DNA of 64,000 nt, taken from Podarcis filfolensis (Eukaryota). The DNA lies in NCBI GenBank assembly GCA_964270895.1, contig OZ185442.1; one strand, written 5' to 3'. A program made the position numbers and the translations under genes. This document shows, one piece after another, positions 23,601 to 34,647 of this stretch (position 1 is its first letter; each line of letters starts with the position of its first letter). The notes beneath the pieces were generated by a model, which searched no databases, was not told where the DNA came from, and saw nothing but the letters and a program-made list of their open reading frames with translations.

Positions 23601-26600
23601 TTCATTCACTTTGTTTGTATGCCACTTTTTCACACAAGAGTCATGCTCAAAGTGGCTTACAACAAAGAAACGGATACATTTTAAACAAACACTACAAAAA
23701 CAATCTCTTAATAACATAGCAAAACAGAAATATAAGAACACAGAGAAAACCACATTTCAATACACAAATATAACAAGATTACTTAAACAACATGCAGCAT
23801 CCAATAGCAAAAATAGCAAGGGAACTTCACAGTTTCATCTTAGTCCTAGAAACACTCCTCCCTGATGTTACTCCCCCAATACTGACCAATCCAAATTGTA
23901 AAATGTATGGAGGAGGTCCTGCTTGTGGTACTGCCAATGGGTATGATCCAGAGTGGTGGTGGCAGTGACCAAGGACCAGGCTTTCTCTGTTGTGACACCC
24001 TGATTATAGAACACCCTCCCTGATGAAGAGTGAGTTGTTGTTATTTAGACTGAAACTGAGGACCATTTTTGGTCACTGTACATGAATGGAAGGTGGGTGT
24101 CAGGAGGCAGGTAGTTGCTATGTTTTACATGGTTTGAAATATAATTTTGGTAATTTTAATTTTGTAATAATTATATTTATGATGTTGTATAACCATCAGG
24201 CTCCCTCCAGAGGAAGGGTGGAATAGAAATCCAATAAATAATAATAATTTTACAGTCCCACATAGCAGCACTGCTCACACATTTTTTATTACTATTTTAG
24301 TTAGCCACGCCACAACCAAAGTTATCTAAAATCCATATAATGCCATCAAACATAACAATGACAATTAATTAAGCACAAACCAGGGAGAGCAAATTGCCCT
24401 TTCCTGCAAGTGCAGCTGGATGATAGGCCCAACAGCAGTACTGCACACTTTCAGGCTGTGGAAACTGCCAGACATATGAGTCAGTTCATTATGTAGACAT
24501 AAGTTCCACGGAAATTAATGCAACATCATTCCATGTGTCTGATGGTAGTCATCTTTATTCTTTCCAGAGCCTGTGCAGAAGCCTGGGCTAAGGGTGGCCG
24601 TGAAGCTGAACAAAGTGAAAGAGAAACATGGGACACAAAAGAAAGGAAGAAGATCCAAGACAGTATTGATGCTCTTGCCGCAATCCGGCAAAAAGCTGAA
24701 GAGAAGAAAAGGCAGTGGGAAATAGAAGAAAGAGATGGAACATCAGCTGACAGTGAAGAAGGTTTGTGTTTAAACTTTTGAGCAGAACAACTGTGCCACC
24801 ATAGCTCACACACTTCCAATTCGGGGGGGGGGTAGGGTTAGGGGCAGAAGCACACTTGCTGAACTTGTCCCCTCTTTATGCCCCAGTTACTTACTACCTT
24901 CCATGCAGTCAAGGATGAACTTCCCAGAAGAGGAAAACCTTCATATCCTTTTGGAAGAAAACCAGTAAATGGACTAAAGTGACATTGCTCAACAAAAACC
25001 CAAGGATTAGTATTACTTGCATGCACACTTATTCTCTTTTTGTTTTGGGGCTGTTCTAGAGGAAGTGCCATCTTCAAGCAGCAGCGCTGAGACAGACACT
25101 ACAGGAAAGGACTCGTATACTTTGGAAGTGTTGGAAACAAAGGAGAAGATTGATAAATTTGTGAAGGACAGCATGGATGCCCACAAGGAGGCTGTGGCTG
25201 AAGGAGCAATCTTAGGATATCAGTCAGGGAGACCAGAGAGTGGTCATAGAGGTCATCATGAACAGGAAGTACAAGAATCGAGCTTTGACATGCATTCAGA
25301 TTTTACATGCACTGCAGAAGGTATGTATGTATGCATCTATTTAGCTGTTAGTGCATCTTTTATCCTGGAAATCAAGGTGGCCTTCATGGGGACTCCCAGA
25401 CAGTCTCCCATCCAGATACTGACCAACCACAAACCTACTTAGCTTCAGCAAGGTGGCTGCATCATGTTTCCTCAGAACATGCACTAGCAATACTAGTTGA
25501 AACACCATCCAGATTTTGGTTGTAGAGTTGGCTGGGGAAAAGGTTCATCCATTTCATTTCACCAGGGCTCTGAAGCTGGGGTTTGTTTAGTTAGGAAAGT
25601 TTATCCACATATATAGGTAACATTCTATAGGGAGGCTGCAAGAATGCTTGCATATTGCAGCATTCCACAAGAGGGACAATATTTTGTGAGTAACTTTCTA
25701 CATAGTTTTGTCCAATTGACTAGCAGATCTTCATGTCAATTCTGAAGAGTCCCAGGAATGTGCAGCACTCATGTAGAAAATGCCTCTGCAATTAAGATTT
25801 TGTGCAAAGTCAGTCATATAGGTTGCTGTGGGGCACCAGGGCCCCGTGGCATTTGACATCTTTCTGCAGGGCCTGCAAGACAGAGCTGTTGCACCTGGCC
25901 TTTGGCTTGGACTCAGTCTGACCCCTTATATGGGATTTGGTATATAAATTTCCCCCTTTTTTTTTGCTGGCTCATGTAGGACCAGCATGGCTAGCTGACT
26001 CAGGTGAATATCTGATGTTTCCTCCCTTGATGGTCTTGATTTATGGGCTACTACTAGAATGAGGCTGCATTTTAAGCTGTATTTTAAGCCACATTTTAAT
26101 TAACTGTTTTTTCTTTTTTTCTATTACATTTTATTGTAATTTATGTTTGGTGTTAGCCGCCCTGAGCCCAGCGCTGGCCAGGGAGGGCAGGGTATAAATA
26201 AAAAATTAGTAGTAGCAGTAGTAGTAGTAGTAGTAGTGACAGAACAACTTTTTGACAGCTTTTTACTAGGGACAGAGCATAATACAAAAGAGAGAGAGCC
26301 CAGTATGACCTTCCCATTTCTATATTTTTATACCTAGATCTGTTAAGCGTTTTGTCTCTTTCTTTTTTTTAGAGATGCCAGTAGATAAGATGGCTACACC
26401 TGGACTTTTGCTCACTGAACTTGCTGACCCTGCAGAGATAGAACAAATTAAGTTGGATGTTCCAGAGAAACTTTTTCTTGATGTATGTATTAACTGAGGG
26501 AAGAAAGGGTGGGTTATGGCCAATATGAAGCATCTCAGAAATGGGTTTTGTATTTCCACAAACTCTTAAATTTTGTATTTTAAAAATTACTTCAGTAAAC

Positions 26601-29454
26601 TCCAGGATAACTTTAATTTTTAGGAGCTACCTGATTTGGAAGATGTAGATTTGGAAGTCTCACCAGGAGAGATCTTCACTAGAAAGGTGAGTTATTCTAA
26701 TAGCACAGTGCTTTCTTAATCCTGTTTTTTTACAGTTAATTTAGGTATATTCTTAACAGAGCTACAGCCTTTTTTGAAGATCAGGAGACTCTAGAGATAT
26801 TTTAATATCAGCCAATGTGTCACTCTAAAATTCTTTAGCTGATTCCACAGAGTACCTCAAGCACATATAGGAGGTGTAGCAATCATGGCCCAATGGGCAT
26901 GGATGATGGGAGTTATACTTTAGCAGCATCTAGAGGGCCAAAGGTTCACCACACTTACACTAGGTGCTCAGTTGCAAGCCCCACTTTCTGCAGAGATGAG
27001 CTCCTGAATGGAACCAGGTTTATATTTGGTGACCAATGCAAAATCCACTGAGCGCAAGCTCCACTGCTGAGGAAGCATCAGCAGCACAGCTTAAGGTTCT
27101 CACATGTTGCTTTGTCAGACTTTACTGACATCAGATGTGAGAGAGCTAGGCATCACTGGAAAAACTTCCTCATGGGCCAAATTAGAACCACTGGCAGACT
27201 AATTTGGCCCCCTGTTGAGGAGTTAAACTCTCAGTGTGCTTTGGAAAGCAACACCCCTTAGAATAGTGTGAGGGTAGAGAGTATCAAGACTAGACTGGGG
27301 AAAATGTATGGGGCGCCTCAGGGTCAATTTTTTATGGTAGCCCAAATCTCAGTTGTACGGGTGTACAGGTGTATGTATATATCTCAATTTTAACTCATGA
27401 GCTATTGCTGCAGTCTGCTCCAATTGTATATTTTATCTTTATGAATGCTGAATTTATTGTGTTATGTTATGTGAGCTGGTCTTTGACCGTAATAAATTAT
27501 CTATAATCTATGCCAATACAGACATTTTCAAGCTGGGGTTTTTTTTACCTTTATAGCCAAGTTCCCCAAAGATTGAAGTGATTTCTGAAGCAAGTGATGA
27601 CAGAGACTACATAGTTGAAAGAAATACAGACACTTCTAGGAATATAGAGACAGAAGAGATCCCAATCTCTATCTTTTCAAACGCATGTAAGATACCCGAA
27701 GTCTGTCCGAAGGAAGCCATAGAACCCATTGTAACAGACCTTCTAACACAACAAGAGGAAGTATTGGAAGCCAAATTACAACCAGCAAAACCCTTGATCG
27801 AAGAGATTCCAGGACCTTTGAAACCATTAACAGATGATGAAGCAGATGAATTAATCCCAGACATTGTGAAAAACGGAGAGAGCCACATTGTATCTTCTTG
27901 CACAGGTAAATTCACATAGACATGATTTTGGGTCCACCTGCTTGGGTTTTTTAAGATACCTGTTCATTTTTTTTAATAACAGGACAAATCACCATCAGTA
28001 TATGTGCCCTATAGCTTCACAACTAGGCTCTAATCCAACTATGTTCTATTAAAGAAAACAGTTAATGGTAGCTTCATCACTTTTCAGGTCCACACATAGT
28101 TAATGTGGCTGACTTATAATTATAGAATGCTTACACCTAAAGCCTAACTTTATTTATTTTTAAAGTAACTCATTTATTTCAGTGGTGCTATACTTGAAGT
28201 GATACTTGGGGCCTAATTTCAATGAGCTTCTATGGGTGTAGACATGTGCATCTTTCCCTTAAGAGATGTCCATATATGGACATCACATTTACATAGGGGC
28301 TGTGCATAGAAGAGCTGAATATGTCTCGATCTGATACACACAAAGCTTCTCCATATAATGACTACTACAATTATGGATTCTGTAGGCCCTGTGCAAGCAT
28401 GAACATTATGAGTGTAGGCTTCATGCAAACATGGGTTTTTGTTTGGGTTTGCTTGGTTTCATGATGAATTGTTATTGTTTTATTTTTGGTATGGTTCATT
28501 TTTATGTTCACCACTTAGAAATTCTAATTATTAAGCAGTGTATAGATGCCTTAAGTAAATAAATATTATGGCCAATTGGTTGCCACTAGCAAATCTGGAC
28601 AGGGGATAGACATGCACAGTGGGTAAATGACGGACATAATTCCACATACAGAAGTTAGTCTAAACTGAACCTAGAATCTGAGCCTATGGAAGTCTTGATA
28701 CAGCAAAAATCCTCCTATGACTTGTAGGTATTGCAAAGAGGTGCTTCCTAGAGCATAGAATTCACACACTGGTAACTGGTGAGACCCCACCATTGCTGTC
28801 CTAGCTGCACTGGTCCCATTGGATCATTTGGGCTTGCCTGACACCTGCAAAGTCCTGCATCTAGAAGGGTGTTTTAAACAGTGTTTCTGCACAAGGTAAT
28901 TGAGCATTTCCCCTAGTGCTTTAGCTTCTCAAATGTAAACATCCAGAGATTGATTATTATGTTTTGCTGCTTGAGATATGAAGTCTTCACTCATTTTTTA
29001 AGAAATGAAGTTCACAGACACTAATAATAGTTAAGAGCTTTGAGGAAAGGGGCTGTGGATAAGAAATAGTGATTGGCTTAAAGCCATATTGTGGGTCTGT
29101 GGTTGAAGAGAGATTTGACCTGGGGCCTTCCTGGCTCATAAACTCACAATTTTAAGCCTTCACTGCCCTGATAATCCAAATGGTAAAGGGTTTCTTATTG
29201 CGCCCAGTGCTTTCTCTGCTGGGGACCATTCAAGGAATGAACTGCAGTGACTACTGAGCGGTCCAGTTTAGACTGAATCTCAGCTGCCAATCCTGTCTTT
29301 GGAGTAGCTTCTGGCCTAATAACTGGTCCTTCTCTTCAGGAAGGTATTTGGGGAGAGTATAGCTCCTATGTCCAGAAACTAACTGAAATTTCACCTCTTA
29401 ACAGGGAATATCTCTGAAGAAGATACAGAGCAGCATACTCCTGAAAATAAATGA
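17557..29454 (+). CDS. DNAAF1: Dynein axonemal assembly factor 1 (LRRC50), about 662 aa, 13 coding exons
   Basis: Exons chain in frame (1989 nt); MHP start, [52 protein letters not shown] block, [41 protein letters not shown]. Confidence 0.96.
18323..18430 (+). CDS. DNAAF1: DNAAF1 coding exon 2 (108 nt, phase 1-1)
   Basis: ttttag|AACTACAG...CCAG|GTAAA, open acidic frame. Confidence 0.7.
19208..19331 (+). CDS. DNAAF1: DNAAF1 coding exon 3
   Basis: Open frame ending GGL(R), donor AG|GTAAT, phase 1-2; acceptor position less certain. Confidence 0.7.
19986..20077 (+). CDS. DNAAF1: DNAAF1 coding exon 4
   Basis: 92 nt, [30 protein letters not shown]. Confidence 0.95.
21076..21297 (+). CDS. DNAAF1: DNAAF1 coding exon 5 (LRRs)
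   Basis: 222 nt, [23 protein letters not shown]...TIENL. Confidence 0.96.
22466..22632 (+). CDS. DNAAF1: DNAAF1 coding exon 6 (LRRs)
   Basis: 167 nt, [15 protein letters not shown]...LETMPDL. Confidence 0.96.
23196..23317 (+). CDS. DNAAF1: DNAAF1 coding exon 7 (LRR cap)
   Basis: 122 nt, [19 protein letters not shown]...DRPVFPKD. Confidence 0.96.
24568..24761 (+). CDS. DNAAF1: DNAAF1 coding exon 8 (coiled coil)
   Basis: [18 protein letters not shown]...SADSEE, donor AG|GTTTGT. Confidence 0.88.
25060..25320 (+). CDS. DNAAF1: DNAAF1 coding exon 9
   Basis: 261 nt, includes [16 protein letters not shown], donor AAG|GTATGT. Confidence 0.88.
26208..26236. repeat. (TAG)n microsatellite
   Basis: tagtagtagcagtagtagtagtagtagta run. 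Confidence 0.85.
26373..26482 (+). CDS. DNAAF1: DNAAF1 coding exon 10
   Basis: [16 protein letters not shown]...EKLFLD, phase 1-0. Confidence 0.85.
26624..26686 (+). CDS. DNAAF1: DNAAF1 coding exon 11
   Basis: [21 protein letters not shown], donor AAG|GTGAG. Confidence 0.9.
27557..27905 (+). CDS. DNAAF1: DNAAF1 coding exon 12
   Basis: [15 protein letters not shown]...KPLIEEI...SSCT, donor CAG|GTAAA. Confidence 0.9.
29405..29454 (+). CDS. DNAAF1: DNAAF1 probable last coding exon
   Basis: cctcttaacag|GGAATATC..., [16 protein letters not shown] then TGA; phase compatible, little homology support. Confidence 0.6.
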
Positions 29455-32400
29455 AGACGTGTTGTATGAATTTATAAAATAGAAGCCAAGATATTTCCCA
29501 TTGTTCATTAGCATTACTGCATCACAGCGAGTGCTGTAACCCTAACATTAGTCACAAATGTTTTCTGTGACACTACTTGCAGGCAAGCAATCCTGGCAAG
29601 CAAAAGTCCAGTCTCTCTTCAATAGTTGTGCCTTACTTTTACCACACTGTGATCAATGGCAGAGCAGGCAGTGCCATGGTGCAGATGGGGGCCTTATGCA
29701 TTGGTCTTTCCAGGTGCTAAGCAACACGAGCTCACCCACGGTATGCATCTGTGAAAGTTCAATGCCACCAAGTCAGGTAACCAACATTTAAAGTATGAAT
29801 TCAGTTTTCAGTCTATTTTCTTTCATCTGTTGAGAAAAGGTTGTTTAATCAGTAGCATCCAGCAAAAATGAAGATCATTTAAGTCTCATTTATTTTGGTG
29901 AGAGTTGAGCTCATGCTTAACTTTCTCCCCCTGAAATCACACATGCTTCACTTTTGTTGGATTCTGCTCTAAGTTTGTAGAAGGTCATTGCCATTGTTTT
30001 GTTTATTTTGGTTACACGTTTACTTTTATTTGTAATTCAGTCTGAGTAAATGATTTTATTCTCAACTTCTTGCATCATTTGTTATCCGACTTGTGGTGGG
30101 GCGTATTGAACACCCATGACATCAGCATAGACAGAGAAACCCAACAAGCTAGGCTTCACAGAAAGGCACCAGAGGTTTTCACTCAACCCTCTTAAAAGCA
30201 TCCACTCTCAATCTCCAGAACTTTTGGCTAGAGTCCACCTTCCTACAAAAGCTTCCACATTTAGTGCTCTAGTCCCACCCCCACAAAGCATCACAGCTTC
30301 TTTTGTTCATTAGGAGAGTGATGTTAGCTCCTGGCCAGGTCACCATCTTAATTTGGGGGCTCATGATCCTGATATGGCTACAAATATTATTTGTGGTATA
30401 CAAGGCGGCCATTCCCAAAGTACAATCACCTTGCAGACAGGTAGTGTTGCAAGGTCTTTTTAGGCCCTGTGGCTGCTGTGGTCACAGGCTGAAGGACTAT
30501 CTGGTTGAACATTGCTTGTAAATTATAATTTGACAGATGCTTAATGAATGGAATATTTTACAATTGTTTCTGCTTATATGCATCTTTGCAAATCAAAACA
30601 AATGCTAGTAGCATGTGTAAAAGTGTAAGTATCACCACCCTGATCTCCTATGTATATATAATTATAAAAGCACACAGAGTTATGACTGGATGGTTGATGG
30701 CTTCTAACAGAATGCAAGTGAGACATGCAATCCTTCCCCCTATACAAATGCATTAACTGCTATAAAGATTTTTATAGTTTAACCCATGGTGACAATGTTA
30801 AGGTGAAGCAACACAAAAACAACCCACCGCCCCCAACACTGAGTGGGCCTAAACTACCTCACAGGGGTAAATAAAACAGAGTAATCCCATAGATACCTCC
30901 AAGTTTCCTGGAGGAAAGGCAAGATTACAGTAAGGGAAAATAGGGAGGCAAGTCTGTTTATCTAATATAGGAGGCTATTGATATTAATACACAGAGAAAT
31001 GAATCCAAGGAAAATAAAAGGCTGTGAAAGCAGAACTTTGAGGACAAAAGAAAACCTCTTTAATTAGCATACCTTGTAAAACTTTACAAATGTACAGCAT
31101 AGTGCAAAATTGCAGGTTCAGCACATCAACTTCAAGTATAAAATAAAATAAGCATAAAATAAAATAAGCATAAAATAGCCAAGAAAACCAATCACACACA
31201 CCACCTTTCAAGAAAAATTCCTTGAAGCAGAGATAATTCTATTCCCCTTGATTTTCACTTTCTGAAGAAAACTAGATAAGAGGGGTATGCACTCTAGTGA
31301 ATCACTTTATAATCAGAAAAGGGCTGGGAGCTAATTTGTTTCTCAGTCAATATCATTTTTTAAAATGCTGCACCTGTATCATTGCAAGTGGCATCTTAAG
31401 AGAGCTACAAAAATGTATAAAACACTAGATTCTACAAAAATTACAGATTGCTACTAAACAGATTGTGATAAAGCTGCAAAGGGAAGAAAATAATCTTGTC
31501 TACTCTTCAGAAATAATTCTGCCCAGCAAAGTTACGATGTGGAAAATCAGCTGAGAAGCAAGGGTGAGGGCTGTGTGTGTGCATGTACACATGTGCTGCT
31601 GTGTGTTCCAATCTGTAATGTGTCTACACTTTGGTATATAGACAATGTGTGGTGTGTGTGCACTGTGGTATGTGCATTCATATATTGTGTGTGTGTGTCC
31701 ATGTCAGCTGCTAGCATTCAGATCCCAGAGGGGTTGCAATGGAATAAGGAAGCTTTTGGCACAGAAATGGTTAGCTGGCACACATGCTGGTGCTAAAGCA
31801 TTCCTTCTACCTGCCCCTTTACAAATCATCACTACCACTGAGGCTATGCTTAATTTCTAAACTTAGGAGGTGCTAGGGTAAAAATCAGTGCCTCTCTAGT
31901 ACAGGTATGTGTGGGCTGGTGTGCTTACTGAGGAATGAGGAAGGCATGTTGCACATGCTGAGAGGTACTCTGTTATGATATGAGGTACCATGTTCTAGGT
32001 GTAGGTTCTTCTAACAAATAGTTTATCAAGATTTAGCTCTTGTCTAAAATTAATTCTGACCTAAACACATTCATTCTCTGTTCTAAAAGGCCTAACTACT
32101 GACTGGAACTGGCTTAATAGTCATTCTCTCCCCACAAATTACCGGTAACCATGCAAAATCCCATTCTGAGAGGGTGGCATAAGAGAAATCTCAGTATCCT
32201 TACCAAGCTACATGTGCCAGGAATCTAGGGAAACTATAGCCATTAAATTGGCAATAAACCTGATAGAGTTTCAGTATAGAAGCATTGCAGTGTATTAGTA
32301 AGTAAAAATAAGGCTCTGCTGCTCTCAAAGTTTTGTAAACGCCAAGAAAGCCGACTGATGCATTCTCACTCATCAATATATGTCTCACTTTCCCTTTATT

Positions 32401-34573
32401 TTCATCACACACAGTTTAAAGTATCCTGGAGGGAGTTTGTGTAGACATGGAGCATGCACAAATCTACAGCTAACTAGAGGAATTCTGGAGTGACTTCAGC
32501 CCTACAGCTGCCTCCATAAGGGCATTTTATGGGAACAAGCTTTCTAAGAGATAATCCTGAGACAAATGATTTTCCAGGTGTTAGGAATGCTGATCCAATG
32601 TACCAAATTCCTGCAAGCCGACCAGGAACTGTGTTGAATGCCATGTTCATCCTTGCTGGACCACATGGCAGGCAAAGGAATCAACAAGATGATGGTGGAT
32701 GACAGTCCAAAGCAAGGCTTGGCCAGGAATACACACATCAAACATTTTGATGAGTGCCGCTGCTTGTGCTTTTCTTTCAATGCTAAATCATGCAACCCTA
32801 TTACATAGGAAGTTGCTGTCTGGATGCAACATCTCCCAAGGAATCTATCATTATCACTTTACTCCAGCTCAATAAACCATAATGTTATGCAAGATAATCC
32901 CTAGGTAATGATTTATGTAAATATCCCTAAACAGATACATTTTGGGACACCATGTAGCACAATTAGGTGACTAAAAATAACAGTCAAGTCCAGCAAACCA
33001 TGGTTTATAAATCAGATTTCCAGCAAAGCACAACCTGTAAATCAGGAGTAAGTCCTGGAAAGAAATGGTCACTTTTTAAGCTCACCTCTCTGATGCAAAA
33101 TCCCTCCACTTTTTCCTTATTAGCCTTAACCATAATTCAACACATTACATTTGTATCAAAACTAACTATAGTTTAGATTAACCCTGTTCCCTTTTAATCA
33201 GATGTTACCCACTAACATCAAACCAAGGTTTCAAACATTAATTAAGAGAGAAATCTATGTTAGCATTAGTCATGGTTTCAAAGCAAGCAAGCAAGTGGTA
33301 AAGGAGAGAGTAAGAAGAGTTCATATTCCCAAGAATGACCCCGATATCTTGGGTTAATAAGTTCAGGGTAAGATGACAAGGAAGGGTTATTTCAAGAGAG
33401 GAGAAGTTCCATGTGTTCTCAAGGCTGGATCTCACAAATGTATTTTGAACAGCAGGAAATCAGGGCTGCATTTGTAGCCACAGGCCCTATAGATTTCTGC
33501 AAACTGCACTCACACTTGCAATTTTAAGACATGCAATGACTCTCCAAGGATCACCCAGGATTGCAAAGACAGGTGCGAATTGAAAGAAACAAATCACGTA
33601 CTGTACATCCAAAAACTAACAAATTTTCAAAGTTTGCTTTTAGAAATTGAACTTTGCAGGATTTAAAATAAATATAAAGCTACAACAATTATCTGTGAAG
33701 TCGTAACATTTTTTCACATGTTCAAAAAAACAACAATCCCAAATTTAACAATGCCCATAGTTGGGAATGCTGCAAAAAAGTCAAGCTAGAAGAATATATA
33801 TTAGAATTCTCAGCAGCACATCCAATTTTTTATTCAACCCTCCCCAAATAATTTTAATTTTAGCACAGTCCTTTTGTGTGAACGAGTATGACATGCAGCT
33901 GGCTCCAAGCTAGATTTGGCATTTGTCAAGCTAGTCCTGATAATGTCAAGGTTTGGCACAACAGTCAATATAGCACTATATGCTGATGTAACCAGAATGG
34001 GGAATTAGGCACAAATTAGAGACGACCTTTCAGGCTCCAATAGTAAAACAGGAGAGATGAGACAATGACCAGGATAGTCCCTGTGAGATCATGGGACCCA
34101 GACTGAACATGGGAAGATACGTACCTTTTTATTGAGGTCTAAGATATCTCATGAGAAAAAACTGGACACAGAGCATTGGACAGGAGATGTAGGGATCACC
34201 TCCTCACTGATTGTCAGTAGCAGTTCCGAAATAAAAGCTTCATTTGTAGCATGATGGGAGTTTTAAAAACAGACAGATAATCCCTTTGACAGCTAACTGT
34301 CACTCACAACCTTTGACAGAGAAACAAAAATGACTCATCACATTTGTGTATCTGTTATGAGTGACTGACTTCCACTTCTTTACATTCAGGCTGCTAGATG
34401 TCCCCCCCCCCCCCGGGGGGGGAGGGAAGGCATAAATAGTTTAAGCTAAGCAAAAGATCACTCATCATTCTCATTCCGGGAGATCAGGTTCAATGGGATG
34501 TAACTGAGATGGGGATTTTAAAGTCCACAGCAGGAAAGAAGGAAGGTGCTGTTCTAGACCCAGTGTAAAAAGA

Positions 34574-34647
34574 TTAACTGTTTGGTACATTCATAGTGTT
34601 GCTCCTCCAAAAGTGCAGACAGATGCTTTCCAGAATGACGTCTCTCC
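34574..34647 (-). CDS. HSF4: HSF4 tentative last coding exon
   Basis: Strong acceptor ttctatttgtgttcttag; (G)[23 protein letters not shown] then TAA; only GRDxxL resembles human GKDPTL. Confidence 0.35.

Noticed and set aside
33985-34270. Possible old LTR (TGT start, late AATAAA)
   Set aside because: No TSD or clear 3' end found
34402-34422. C13-G8 self-complementary run
   Set aside because: Simple homopolymer juxtaposition, prone to sequencing error, with no supporting context
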